From an uncultured archaeon (GTDB lineage: Archaea > Iainarchaeota > Iainarchaeia > Iainarchaeales > 0-14-0-20-30-16), in assembly GCA_964565725.1 (NCBI GenBank), contig CAZMGA010000006.1, forward strand, positions 1 through 32,000: DNA of 32,000 nt, given 5' to 3'. Of the stretch, positions 16,787 through 26,993 are shown one piece after another. The stretch's first letter is position 1. Each line of letters starts with the position of its first letter. Made by a program: the position numbers and the translations under genes. The notes beneath the pieces were generated by a model. It was not told where the DNA came from. It ran no database searches and saw only the letters and a program-made list of their open reading frames with translations.

Positions 16787-17734
16787 ATGAACCAAAAATA
16801 TTTAAAAAAAACTTATAAAATTTTAAAAGACATAAAGAGTATAAAAATTCAAGGTGCTTCAAAAGTAGAGTTAGCAGTAAAAGAAGCATTTTTAGAAGAA
16901 TTAAAAGATTTTTCAGAAAATAAAGATTTTAATTATTTTTTTAAATTATCTAAAAAATTTTGGAATTGTAGACCTACAGAACCAGCTGTAAAAAATTTTT
17001 TAATTGTTTTTTTAGAATTTGCTAAAAAAAATATAAATTATAAAAATAAACTAATTAATTTTGTTGAAGATAGTATTAATAATCAAACAAAAGCAATAGA
17101 TAAAATCACAAAATTTGTAAATAAAGAAATTAAAGATGAAGTAATAGTTTTTACTCATTGTCATTCAAATATAGTTGAAAATTCTATTAAAGAATTAAAT
17201 AAATATAATAAAATAAAATTTGTAGTAAATACAGAAACAAGGCCATTATATCAAGGAAGAATTACTTCTAAAAATATTGCAAAATTAGGTATAAAAGTTT
17301 ATCATGTAATTGATTCTTCAGTTTATGCTTTAGCGAGTTATTTAATTTCTAAAAATGAAAAAATTGTTTTTTTAAGTGGTTCTGATGTAATTTCAAAAAA
17401 TGGAGATTTGGTGAATAAAATAGGCACATCTCAAATTAGTCTTTGTTTGAATAATTTAGGAATAAAACATTATGTTTTAACTACAAGTTCTAAAGTTGCC
17501 CCTTATGGTATAAATTATGACTCTTTAGATGATGTAGAAATAAGAAAGCCTAAAGAAATTTGGTTAGAAAGAAATAAAAAAATAGATGTTATTAATTATT
17601 GTTTTGATATTACAAATAATAAATTAATATATAGAATAATTTCTGAAAAAGGTATATTTAAACCAAAAGAAATAGTAAAAATAAAACAATATTCTAAAAA
17701 AGAAAAAGAGTATTATGATTTATTAAAAGAATAG
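16787..17734 (+). CDS. Ribose-1,5-bisphosphate isomerase (eIF2B-family fold)
   Basis: RPTEPAVKNF, VFTHCHSNIVENSI, VNTETRPLYQGRITSKNIAKLGIKV, NKIGTSQISLCLNNLGI. Adjacent to AMP phosphorylase. Confidence 0.85.
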   Translation: MNQKYLKKTYKILKDIKSIKIQGASKVELAVKEAFLEELKDFSENKDFNYFFKLSKKFWNCRPTEPAVKNFLIVFLEFAKKNINYKNKLINFVEDSINNQTKAIDKITKFVNKEIKDEVIVFTHCHSNIVENSIKELNKYNKIKFVVNTETRPLYQGRITSKNIAKLGIKVYHVIDSSVYALASYLISKNEKIVFLSGSDVISKNGDLVNKIGTSQISLCLNNLGIKHYVLTTSSKVAPYGINYDSLDDVEIRKPKEIWLERNKKIDVINYCFDITNNKLIYRIISEKGIFKPKEIVKIKQYSKKEKEYYDLLKE

Positions 17735-17742
17735 GTGATGTT

Positions 17743-19272
17743 ATGGATAATGAATTTAGTTTAAAATTAAAAATTCAAGACATAGGTTTTGAAACTCCAG
17801 CTATAATTTGTATATTGAATGAAAAAGATGCACGAAATTTTGGTGTGGTTCCAGATGATAGAATAATATTAAAAAATATGGATAGTGGACAATATATTTC
17901 CGCTGTTGTAGATGTTTCAAAAAAAACAGTTAAACAAGGATTTATTGGAATATCTGAAACTGTTAAAGAAGAATTAAATTTAATTAATAATAATTACTTA
18001 TATATTAGTCATGCTGCAAAACCAAAAAGTTTTGATTATATTAAAAAGAAAATTGCAAATGAACCTTTAACTAATGATGAGATGAAAGAATTAGTACATG
18101 ATATTCAACATAACGCATTATCTACTATAGAATTAACTGCATTTATTACTGCTGTAAAAATAAATGGATATAATGTAGATGAAACTTATTCTATGGCTAA
18201 ATATATTGCAGATAGTGGAGATAAATTGAAATTAAATGTGGATGGTATTATTGTTGATAAACACAGTATAGGTGGAATAAATGGTAGGGCTACAATGATA
18301 GTAGTACCAATAATTGCTAATTTTGATCAATTATATATGCCTAAAACTTCTTCAAGAGCAATTACTTCCCCAGCAGGTACTGCTGATGCTATGGAAGTAT
18401 TAACCAATGTATCTTTAGATATAAATCAATTATCACAAGTTGTAGAAAAAACACACGGAGCTTTAGTTTGGGGTGGAGGATTTAACTTTGCACCAGTAGA
18501 TGACAAAATTATTAAAATTGAAAGACCTTTAAGAATAGATCCACAAGGTCAAGTAATAGCATCAGTTTTGTCTAAAAAAAGAGCTGTAGGGGCACAGAAA
18601 GTAGTAATAGATGTTCCTGTAGGTGCAGATATGAAAGTCAAAACTTTGCCGGAAGCTGAAGATGTAGCTACTAGATTTGTGAATGTAGGAAAAAAATTAG
18701 ATATGGATATTAGAGGTGTAATAACTAATGCAAATACTCCTTGTGGTGCTGCATTTGGTTCTGCTTTAGAAGCAAAATATGCTATGGAAATTTTAGAAGG
18801 TAAATTTTATGATAATTTAGCTGAAAAATCTTGTGAATTAGCAGGTCAAGTTTTAGAATTATCTGGCGTAGCTAGTAAAGGCGAAGGTACTACAAAAGCT
18901 AAAGAAATTTTAAAAAGTGGAAAAGCATTAACAAAAATGAAACAAATTATTGATGCTCAAGGAAAGAAAATAAACAATTCCAAAGATGTTCCTATTGGGG
19001 AATATTATTATGATGTTTTAGCAAAAGATAGAGGTACAATATTAAGTCAAGGCGTTTTTAATTTTACAACTATTGCTTTATCAGCTGGGGCTCCATTTGA
19101 TAAAGGTGCAGGAGTATTATTAAAAAAGAAAATAAACGATCAAGTAGAAAAAGATGATGTATTATATAGAATTTATGCTAATAACAAAGATAAATTAGAA
19201 TATGCAAAAAAAATGGCTGAAAAATTAGAGCCTATAAAATTGGAAGATATTATTATTAAAGAAATATCTTAA
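17743..19272 (+). CDS. AMP phosphorylase (archaeal DeoA family)
   Basis: KHSIGGINGRATMIVVPIIA, SSRAITSPAGTADAMEV, GGGFNFAPVDDKIIKIERPLRIDPQGQVIASVLSKKRAVGAQKVVIDVPVG. 509 aa with an N-terminal extension typical of AMP phosphorylase. Confidence 0.93.
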   Translation: MDNEFSLKLKIQDIGFETPAIICILNEKDARNFGVVPDDRIILKNMDSGQYISAVVDVSKKTVKQGFIGISETVKEELNLINNNYLYISHAAKPKSFDYIKKKIANEPLTNDEMKELVHDIQHNALSTIELTAFITAVKINGYNVDETYSMAKYIADSGDKLKLNVDGIIVDKHSIGGINGRATMIVVPIIANFDQLYMPKTSSRAITSPAGTADAMEVLTNVSLDINQLSQVVEKTHGALVWGGGFNFAPVDDKIIKIERPLRIDPQGQVIASVLSKKRAVGAQKVVIDVPVGADMKVKTLPEAEDVATRFVNVGKKLDMDIRGVITNANTPCGAAFGSALEAKYAMEILEGKFYDNLAEKSCELAGQVLELSGVASKGEGTTKAKEILKSGKALTKMKQIIDAQGKKINNSKDVPIGEYYYDVLAKDRGTILSQGVFNFTTIALSAGAPFDKGAGVLLKKKINDQVEKDDVLYRIYANNKDKLEYAKKMAEKLEPIKLEDIIIKEIS

Positions 19273-19280
19273 ATTTTATA

Positions 19281-19823
19281 TTATTTTTTTAATATTGCTG
19301 TTATTTTTTCAATACTTCTAGTAATATCTGCTTCTGATTTAGCTCCAGCACAAATCATTTTTCCATTTTTAAATAATAATAGACTTACCATTGGATCATA
19401 TAATCTAACAATAGCTCCAGGAAATTGTTCTGGTTCATATTCTACATTATCTAATTTTGTTGCTAATGTAAATAAATCTACTTTTAAATCTAATTTTGCA
19501 GATGCTACTAAATTAACTATTTTATAGGTTGGTTTTGTAGGTATAACTATATTAGGAGTAATTTCTTTTAATAATTTACATGTATTAATAATTCCTTTTG
19601 GGATTTCTGATTCTTTTTGAGCTCCAGCACAATTAATTTTTCCATTTTTAAATAAAGTTATTGTCATTTTAGGTTCATCTAATCTCATTATAGCTCCAGG
19701 AAATTGTTCTGGCTCGTATTCTACGCTAGGTAATGAAACAGCTATATTAAATAAATCTAAATTAGCACCTAAATTACTTACTGCAACTAAATTAACTATA
19801 TTATATTCTTTATCTTTACCCAA
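19281..19823 (-). CDS. tbp: TATA-box-binding protein
   Basis: Two direct repeats each containing EYEPEQFPGAI.RL and LLFKNGKM.CAGAK. Confidence 0.97.
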   Translation of the reverse strand: MGKDKEYNIVNLVAVSNLGANLDLFNIAVSLPSVEYEPEQFPGAIMRLDEPKMTITLFKNGKINCAGAQKESEIPKGIINTCKLLKEITPNIVIPTKPTYKIVNLVASAKLDLKVDLFTLATKLDNVEYEPEQFPGAIVRLYDPMVSLLLFKNGKMICAGAKSEADITRSIEKITAILKK

Positions 19824-19926
19824 AAACTATCACCTTTAAACACATAAAATTATACTTAAAAAAAGAATGATAGAAACATTTATAAATAAACCTATTATAA
19901 ATAATATATTATAAAGGGGGATTTTT

Positions 19927-20853
19927 ATGTTTGAAGGAAACCAAGATGATGTTGGTGCAATGCCAGATTTAGGCGCACCAGAAAAAAAGAATTTTTTTCA
20001 AAAAATATTTTCAAAAGGAGAAACTGCTATACCTATAATTTTAGTAGTAGTTTTGTTAATAGTATTAGTATTTGCTTTTGGCAATACAGATTATTCAAAT
20101 ATACCTTTAATTGGAGGAGCAATAAAATCTATTGCTGGTGAAAAAATGTATAGTGTATTAGTTGTAGGTCAACCAGATGCTATAGCTATGTCTTCAATTT
20201 ATGGTAATAATGATTTTACAAAAAAATATCGTTTTGTATTTAAAAGTGAAAATGATGGTTCTTTAGAGAGATATCCAGAAAATACTTTAAATCAATATGA
20301 TTTTATAATTATAGATCAAACAGAATCAACAACTTCTGAAGGACAAAAAAGAACTTTACCTTATCAATTTACTAAAGCTATAACTAATTATGTAAAAGGC
20401 GGTAAAAGTGTAATGTTCGTAGGTAATTCAGGTCATTTAGCAACTAATTATGATGATGCTTATGGTTGGAAAGCAACTTATGGAAATATAGTTCCGATGG
20501 ATTGTAGTGCAAGTTATAATTTAACTGCTCCTTGTGAGGAATATAGTAAAATTACTATTACAGGTGTTTTAGAAAATACTCATCAAAGTAATGTTTTAGA
20601 TGGTATTGAACAATTCCCTACAGTTGCACAAAAAGAAATGGGAGTTCCAGGAATTTCATTTTCTTTGTTTAATGTAAATTTAACAAATAATTCAAAAGAA
20701 TGGATGTCTATAAAAGATATAAGAACTAATATGTCTTATCCAGGAATATTAGTAAGTAATAGTATGTTAGGTGGAAAGGTAGTTTATTTATCATTCCAAG
20801 ATTATGGTAGAATTCCAGATATAATGCAAAGATTGTTTACTTATTTACTTTAA
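19927..20853 (+). CDS. Membrane-anchored protein with possible type-1 glutamine-amidotransferase-like extracellular domain
   Basis: N-terminal TM helix; YDFIIIDQ and FTKAITNYVKGGKSVMFVGNSGH resemble a Rossmann/GATase1-like core. Strong ribosome-binding site AAAGGGGG upstream. Confidence 0.5.
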   Translation: MFEGNQDDVGAMPDLGAPEKKNFFQKIFSKGETAIPIILVVVLLIVLVFAFGNTDYSNIPLIGGAIKSIAGEKMYSVLVVGQPDAIAMSSIYGNNDFTKKYRFVFKSENDGSLERYPENTLNQYDFIIIDQTESTTSEGQKRTLPYQFTKAITNYVKGGKSVMFVGNSGHLATNYDDAYGWKATYGNIVPMDCSASYNLTAPCEEYSKITITGVLENTHQSNVLDGIEQFPTVAQKEMGVPGISFSLFNVNLTNNSKEWMSIKDIRTNMSYPGILVSNSMLGGKVVYLSFQDYGRIPDIMQRLFTYLL

Positions 20854-20913
20854 ACAAATCTTTCCCCTTTTTTTATTTTTTTATTTTTAATTTAATATTT
20901 ATAGTGGTTAAAT

Positions 20914-21972
20914 ATGTTTGATGGTGTTAGTTTAATAATTTATAATAATGCAAATATTCCTAATTGGATATTGTTTATAATAAATGTAATTGGTTTTTTA
21001 ATTGCTTTAAAAATAGTTTATTTTGTATTAAAAGTAGTATTAAAATTAATTACTAAAAAAACAAAAAATAATTTTGATGATGAATTATTAAGAATAATTG
21101 AATATCCTTTAATAATTATTATATCTTTGTTTTTTTCAAAAATATCTCTATCTATTTTAGGATTATCAGATTCTGTTTTAAATATTATAAATATTATAAT
21201 CAATATTTTATTATTAGGAGTTATCACTTGGTTTTTATATTCTTTAATAAATGTTGTTTATCAAAATATATTAGTACCTATATCTAAAAGAAGTAAATCT
21301 AATTTAGATGATAGGTTATATCCTCTTTTACGTAAAGTATTAAAAGTAATATTAATTTGTTTTAGTGTATTATATTTTTTTGATTTAGTAGGTATAAATA
21401 TTACTCCCTTATTAGCTGGTGCAGGTATTGGTGGTGTAGCAATTGCTTTTGCTGCACAAAAAAGCATAAGTGATTTGTTTGGAGGAGTTTCAATTTTAGC
21501 TGATAAAGCTTATTTTGTAGGAGATAGAATAAAAGTAAATGATGTTATTGGAACAGTAGTTGATTTGGGATTAAGAAGTACAAAATTAAAAACTTTTGAT
21601 GAAACAGTAATAACTATACCTAATAGTGTTATGGCTGAAAGTAATATTGAAAATTTTAATAAAAATAATAAAGCAATAACTGTTAGAAATACAATAGGTT
21701 TAACTTATAACACTTCTAATGAAAAATTAAACAAAGCTAAAAAAATAATAATAGATATATTATCTAAAAATGAACATGTTATTGATACTCCAGTTATTAA
21801 TTTTACAAATTTTAATGCTTTCTCTTTAGATTTGGCTTTATCTTTTAAAATTGATAATTTTGAAAATAAATCTATTGTTTTAGATAATATTAACATGAAA
21901 ATTAAAGAAAAATTTGAAAAAGAAAAAATAGAATTTGCATATCCTTCTCAAACAATATATCTAAAAAAGTAA
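20914..21972 (+). CDS. mscS: Small-conductance mechanosensitive channel (MscS family)
   Basis: PLLAGAGIGGVAIAFAAQKSISDLFGGVSILADKAYFVGDRIKV and TVITIPNSVMAESNIEN. Confidence 0.96.
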   Translation: MFDGVSLIIYNNANIPNWILFIINVIGFLIALKIVYFVLKVVLKLITKKTKNNFDDELLRIIEYPLIIIISLFFSKISLSILGLSDSVLNIINIIINILLLGVITWFLYSLINVVYQNILVPISKRSKSNLDDRLYPLLRKVLKVILICFSVLYFFDLVGINITPLLAGAGIGGVAIAFAAQKSISDLFGGVSILADKAYFVGDRIKVNDVIGTVVDLGLRSTKLKTFDETVITIPNSVMAESNIENFNKNNKAITVRNTIGLTYNTSNEKLNKAKKIIIDILSKNEHVIDTPVINFTNFNAFSLDLALSFKIDNFENKSIVLDNINMKIKEKFEKEKIEFAYPSQTIYLKK

Positions 21973-22043
21973 ATTTATATAGGTATGCGTATTATATAAT
22001 TAATATTAAATTTATTATTATTTAATTAAAGGGGTGTGTTTTT

Positions 22044-22358
22044 ATGAGTAAAAAAGAAATTAATGATTTAATTTTAAAGTATCAAAGAACAGGTAATTTA
22101 GATAAAGCTAGATGGTTAGAAACAATAGATAAGAGAATTCCATTATCTTTCAAAAAAAGAATAATTGAAAATGATAAAACTGTTTTAAGAGAATTAATAT
22201 TGCCTAATTGGTTAACTTGGGAATTTTTGAGAGATTGGGCTATGGATGACGCTCAACAAGTTATATGTAGTGCTTGTGGTGAAAGAGTAACTGAATTTGT
22301 GCATTATAAACAAATTAATCTTTGTAGAGAATGTTTAGAAAGTTTAACTAAGATGTAA
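22044..22358 (+). CDS. Small zinc-ribbon protein, unknown function
   Basis: C-terminal CSACGERVTEFVHYKQINLCRECLE. AAAGGGGTG ribosome-binding site upstream. Confidence 0.7.
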   Translation: MSKKEINDLILKYQRTGNLDKARWLETIDKRIPLSFKKRIIENDKTVLRELILPNWLTWEFLRDWAMDDAQQVICSACGERVTEFVHYKQINLCRECLESLTKM

Positions 22359-22359
22359 T

Positions 22360-23934
22360 ATGTACAAAAAAATAATTATTTTATTTCTTTTTTTATTTTT
22401 GTTTATATTACCTGTATATTCTAATAGGATTACATATAATATAATTTCAGAAAATCCTAGTAGTACCCCTTATTTTATAGGCACATATATTAAAGATTTT
22501 TCAATTGGTTTTCAAGATGCTTATAATAAAACAGTAAATATGAATTTATCAAATTTATCTGTAAATTTTGGAGATAAAAAACAAATTTTTAAAAAAGAAA
22601 GTGATAATTTATATCATTTAAAAAATTTTTACATTACTTCAGATATTGTAAATAACAATAAATTAAATGTAGAAATAAAAACAACTTTATCAAAAGAATA
22701 TCAAAATATAAGTAATACTTATTTATTAGAAAATATTTCTAATATTATAAAAACTGATTTTGATTCTGAAAAATATAATAAATTAACATTAGGGGAAACA
22801 ATAAATTTAAGTTTTAATTATGATAATTTAAACAATAAAATATCTAATATGAGTTGTTTATTAAATAATGTTTACGAGTTCAATTGTAATAATAAAGCAT
22901 GTAATTATAATTATGTTGTTGAAAATGAAGAATCAATATTAATTACTTGTACATTTCAAAAGTTAGAAAATAATATTAATAAAAAATATCCTTTAAGTTA
23001 TAAAATAAATCCTGTTTTTATTGAAGGAATAAAATTGTCTAATATAATTAATCCTAAAAATGGAGTAATATATAATCCTTTTGAGGTTTGTTTTTCTGTT
23101 AAATATAATAGTGATCATCAATTAACTGAATATGGTGTTTTTAAATTTTATTTTAATAATAAAGAAATAGATTATTATCAAAAAGATAATTATTTTTGTT
23201 TTAATGAATTTTTAATTCCTTTAACTAATTTAAAAGGTAATATGAAATTTAATTATTTAAATAAAGATTATGAGTATCCTATTGATATAAAATTAAAATT
23301 TGGTCCTTATTGGATTGGTTTTATTATAATTTTATTATTATTTATCTCTGTAAATATTATATTAATTGTTTTAAATGTTAACAATAAAGAAGATTTAGAT
23401 TCATTAGTTAAGAAAAGAGATTTATATAATACTAAATTAAAATTAGTAAAAGAAAGATATTTAAAAGGAGAAATAAATAAAAAAGAGTTTCAAAAAGATT
23501 TAGAAGAATATACTATAAAAATATCTTGGTTAAATGAAAAAATAATTTACAGTAAAAATTTAAGTAGTTCTAATTATGATGTTGAAAAAATTAAAAAAGA
23601 AGCATCTAAAGAATTATTAGGTATAATTAATGCAAAACCTCAAGTTATTAAAACAGAAGTAAATGAAAATATATCTGAAAATAAAGAATTAACATTAGAA
23701 GAAACAGAAATAAAGGATATTCCAAAGTATACATTAAAAGAAAGAATTAAAGAAAATTTTGAAAACATTCTTTCTAAAATCAAAAATTTGTTTAAACCTA
23801 AAAAACCATTACAGAAAGAACAATTAAAAAATGATGTTGAAGCATTTGACATCAAAGTAGAAGATGATAATGAATTAAAAGAATTAATTAAATCAAATAA
23901 AAATGATTTTAATATTAAAGATTGGGAAAAGTAA
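22360..23934 (+). CDS. Secreted/membrane protein: signal peptide, large extracellular region, one TM, cytoplasmic coiled-coil tail
   Basis: N-terminal hydrophobic signal, TM YWIGFIIILLLFISVNIILIVL, then a charged helical region with a SHOCT-like YLKGEINKKEFQKDL segment. Confidence 0.65.
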   Translation: MYKKIIILFLFLFLFILPVYSNRITYNIISENPSSTPYFIGTYIKDFSIGFQDAYNKTVNMNLSNLSVNFGDKKQIFKKESDNLYHLKNFYITSDIVNNNKLNVEIKTTLSKEYQNISNTYLLENISNIIKTDFDSEKYNKLTLGETINLSFNYDNLNNKISNMSCLLNNVYEFNCNNKACNYNYVVENEESILITCTFQKLENNINKKYPLSYKINPVFIEGIKLSNIINPKNGVIYNPFEVCFSVKYNSDHQLTEYGVFKFYFNNKEIDYYQKDNYFCFNEFLIPLTNLKGNMKFNYLNKDYEYPIDIKLKFGPYWIGFIIILLLFISVNIILIVLNVNNKEDLDSLVKKRDLYNTKLKLVKERYLKGEINKKEFQKDLEEYTIKISWLNEKIIYSKNLSSSNYDVEKIKKEASKELLGIINAKPQVIKTEVNENISENKELTLEETEIKDIPKYTLKERIKENFENILSKIKNLFKPKKPLQKEQLKNDVEAFDIKVEDDNELKELIKSNKNDFNIKDWEK

Positions 23935-23961
23935 TAAAAACTTTATTATGGAGATATATTT

Positions 23962-24153
23962 ATGGCTATTAAAGATTTCTTAAAAAAATTAGTACCTAAA
24001 GTAGGAGAAGAACCAAAAGAAAGTGTTCCTGAAAATAATGGTGAAAATTGTGCTTATTGTCAAGGAAATAATCCTGATAAAAAATGGATGGGTCAATTAT
24101 GGCATAAGGATTGTTTAAGAAAAGCAAAAAAAATGGCTAAAAAGATGATCTAA
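23962..24153 (+). CDS. Small CxxC...HxxC zinc-binding protein
   Basis: 63 aa, CAYCQGNNPDKKWMGQLWHKDCLRKAKK. Confidence 0.55.
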   Translation: MAIKDFLKKLVPKVGEEPKESVPENNGENCAYCQGNNPDKKWMGQLWHKDCLRKAKKMAKKMI

Positions 24154-24432
24154 ATGGGATTTGATTTCAAAAAAATTTTAAAACCAATTCAAGATATAAC
24201 AGATAAGTTTTGGGCTTTTACAACAAAAAGTGCATCTATATTTATAGCATTACTTTTTGTAATATTTTCTTTGGGTGCAATTTATGGTTATATAATTGCT
24301 TTACATAGTTTTTTTATTCCTAGTATAATATTATTATTAATAATCCCGCCTGGTTTAGGATTAATTGCTTATTATAATAGAGCTTTTGCTACAATATTAT
24401 TTATTTTATTATTAATTTTTATTTTTATTTAA
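24154..24432 (+). CDS. Small membrane protein, unknown function
   Basis: 92 aa with hydrophobic helices; starts 1 nt after the preceding stop codon. Confidence 0.6.
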   Translation: MGFDFKKILKPIQDITDKFWAFTTKSASIFIALLFVIFSLGAIYGYIIALHSFFIPSIILLLIIPPGLGLIAYYNRAFATILFILLLIFIFI

Positions 24433-26810
24433 TTTTTTATAATTATATTTTCAACAAATAATATTTTGTTAATTGCTTCTTTTTCATTATTATTTAAAGA
24501 ATAATTACCTTCAATAGTTATTTCTTTTATTGGTTCTTTCATAGATAATTGATTTTGACTTTTGTATTTTCTTATGTAGGATATTATTTCTTTGAAATCT
24601 TCACCTTTTTTAATATAATCTAAATTTATGTTATCATATTCTTGTATAGGTACAAAACAAATAGATTTTTCATTGTTATATTTTTCAAATAATCTTTTAT
24701 AAACATCTTCACATACAAAAGGTAAAAATATAGATAATTGATTTATAATTTCAAAACTTATTTTATAAATTGTATTTGCTAATTCTTCTTTTTCTTCTTT
24801 TGAACCATTATAAAATCTATATTTTATAAATTCTAAATAATTATCGCAAAAGTCAATATAAAAAAAGTCTCTTAATCTTTGTATGGTGTGAGTATAATCA
24901 TATTTTTGCATATCTAAATTATTATCATTAGTAATTTTATATAATTTATTTAATATCCATAAATCTATAAAATTTTTAGATTCAATATTAGGAATACTTT
25001 CAAAATCTTTTAATACTAATTCAACAAAGTTCATAGAGTTTATTAATTTAACAATCATCTTTTTTCCTGCTAACAATTCTTGTTCTGAATAAGGAATGTC
25101 TTCACCTAAAGTTACTTGTGCACACCAATATCTAAATGGATCTTTACCAAAGTTATCTACTACTTTTATAGGATCAATTCCATTACCTTTACTTTTAGAC
25201 ATTTTATTTCCTTGACTATCTAAAACGTGTCCATGAACTAATAAATTGTTCCAAGGTAATTTATTTGTGTGATATAAACTTTTTACAATTGTATTAAATG
25301 CCCATAATGTTATAATATCGTGGCCTTGTGGTCTAAAACTCATAGGTATACTTTTAGAAGTATCTTTTTCAGGCCAGCCCATATTTATTAAAGGTGTTAA
25401 TGCTGATGTAGACCAAGTGTCCATAATATTTTTATCTGGTATAAATTCATTACAACCACAATCACAATTTTTATTTGGTTGTGTTTCTTCTGGATATATT
25501 GGTAAATCTTCATATTCTGCAAAAATTGGTTTTCCACAATTTTTACAATACCATACAGGAAAAGGAACTCCAGAATATCTTTGTCTTGATATACACCAAT
25601 TCCATTGTAAATTTTTTACCCAATTGTCATATCTTACTTTCATATAACGAGGTACCCAATTAATTTTTTCAGCTTCTGTTATAAAATAGTCTTTATCATC
25701 TAAATAATTTACATACCATTGATCAGTAACAATTATTTCTACTGCTGTTCCACATCTTTCATGACAATTTACTATATGTTTTAAAGGTTTTTGATTAATT
25801 AATAAGTTTTCTTTTTTTAAGTCTTCAATTATTTCTTTTCTTGCATCTAATATTTTCATATTCTCATATTTACCACAAATAGATGTCATTCGTCCATGTT
25901 TAGATATTGCTTCTTTTAATTCTAATTTATAACTTTTGTACCATTCCATATCTGTTTGATCTCCAAAGGTACAACACATTACTATTCCAGTTCCTTTATC
26001 TATAGCAACTCTATTATCTGAATATATTTTTACCCAATGATTAAATAAAGGTACTTGTGCTTTTTTTCCTATTAATTCTTTATATCTGTTATCATCAGGA
26101 TTTACAAATATTGCTACGCAAGCTGGTAAAAACTCAGGCCTAGTTGTTGCAATAATAATTTCTTTGCCATTTTCCAATTTAAAAATTAAATCATTAAAAT
26201 AAGTATCTTTTTCTATATCTTCTAATTCTGCTTGACTTATTGCAGTTTGACAATTAGTACACCATAATATAGGCCCTTTTTCTAAATAAACCTTATTTTT
26301 TTTATATAAATCTAAAAAAGAATATTGTGATACTTTAATTACTTCTGGGCTAATTGTTCTGTATAATAAATCCCAATCACAACTTAAACCTAAACTTTTA
26401 AAATCATCAATAATTAATTCTTCTGCTTTTTTTGTATTTTCTAAACAAATCTTAACAAATTCTGATTTTTCTAAATCTTTTGCTCTTACATTTGCATTTT
26501 TTTCTGCTAATAATTCTGTAGGTATTCCATTATCATCTAAACCAAAAGGATAAAATATATTATATCCCTTTTTTCTATAATATCTCACTATAAAATCAGC
26601 TATAGTATAACCATAAGCATGACCTATATGCATTCTTCCAGAAACTGTTGGTGGTGGAGTATCTACACTAAATATTGGTTTTTTATCCTCTTTATAACTA
26701 AATAGTTTTTCTTTTTCCCAAAAAGTCCAAATATCTTTTTCTGTTTCTTTATAATCTTTTTTTTGTATTGTAATTTTGTCTTTTTCTGTTTTTTCTAAAT
26801 TATTGTTCAT
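24429..26810 (-). CDS. valS: Valyl-tRNA synthetase
   Basis: HIGHAYGYTIADFIVRYYRKKGYNIFYPFG, editing domain TTRPEFLPACVAI, TWSTSALTPLINMGWP, KMSKSKGNGIDP. Confidence 0.95.
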   Translation of the reverse strand: MNNNLEKTEKDKITIQKKDYKETEKDIWTFWEKEKLFSYKEDKKPIFSVDTPPPTVSGRMHIGHAYGYTIADFIVRYYRKKGYNIFYPFGLDDNGIPTELLAEKNANVRAKDLEKSEFVKICLENTKKAEELIIDDFKSLGLSCDWDLLYRTISPEVIKVSQYSFLDLYKKNKVYLEKGPILWCTNCQTAISQAELEDIEKDTYFNDLIFKLENGKEIIIATTRPEFLPACVAIFVNPDDNRYKELIGKKAQVPLFNHWVKIYSDNRVAIDKGTGIVMCCTFGDQTDMEWYKSYKLELKEAISKHGRMTSICGKYENMKILDARKEIIEDLKKENLLINQKPLKHIVNCHERCGTAVEIIVTDQWYVNYLDDKDYFITEAEKINWVPRYMKVRYDNWVKNLQWNWCISRQRYSGVPFPVWYCKNCGKPIFAEYEDLPIYPEETQPNKNCDCGCNEFIPDKNIMDTWSTSALTPLINMGWPEKDTSKSIPMSFRPQGHDIITLWAFNTIVKSLYHTNKLPWNNLLVHGHVLDSQGNKMSKSKGNGIDPIKVVDNFGKDPFRYWCAQVTLGEDIPYSEQELLAGKKMIVKLINSMNFVELVLKDFESIPNIESKNFIDLWILNKLYKITNDNNLDMQKYDYTHTIQRLRDFFYIDFCDNYLEFIKYRFYNGSKEEKEELANTIYKISFEIINQLSIFLPFVCEDVYKRLFEKYNNEKSICFVPIQEYDNINLDYIKKGEDFKEIISYIRKYKSQNQLSMKEPIKEITIEGNYSLNNNEKEAINKILFVENIIIKN

Positions 26811-26993
26811 TCTTCCACCATTTTTAAATTTTATTTATAAGTTTATTATAATATAAATTAATTAAATAACAAATAAAATATAATATTTTACATTTTAATA
26901 ATAAATATTATTAATAACTATATATAAAGTTTATGTGTTTTAAATTAATATGAATAATTAATTATATTTAGTATTTTATTAGTGATGTATATG

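Noticed and set aside
21018-21896. Three antisense ORFs inside mscS, plus similar ones at 11081..11302, 23640..23855, 25417..25663 and 30424..30801
   Set aside because: All shadow well-supported genes; no domain signatures or ribosome-binding sites.
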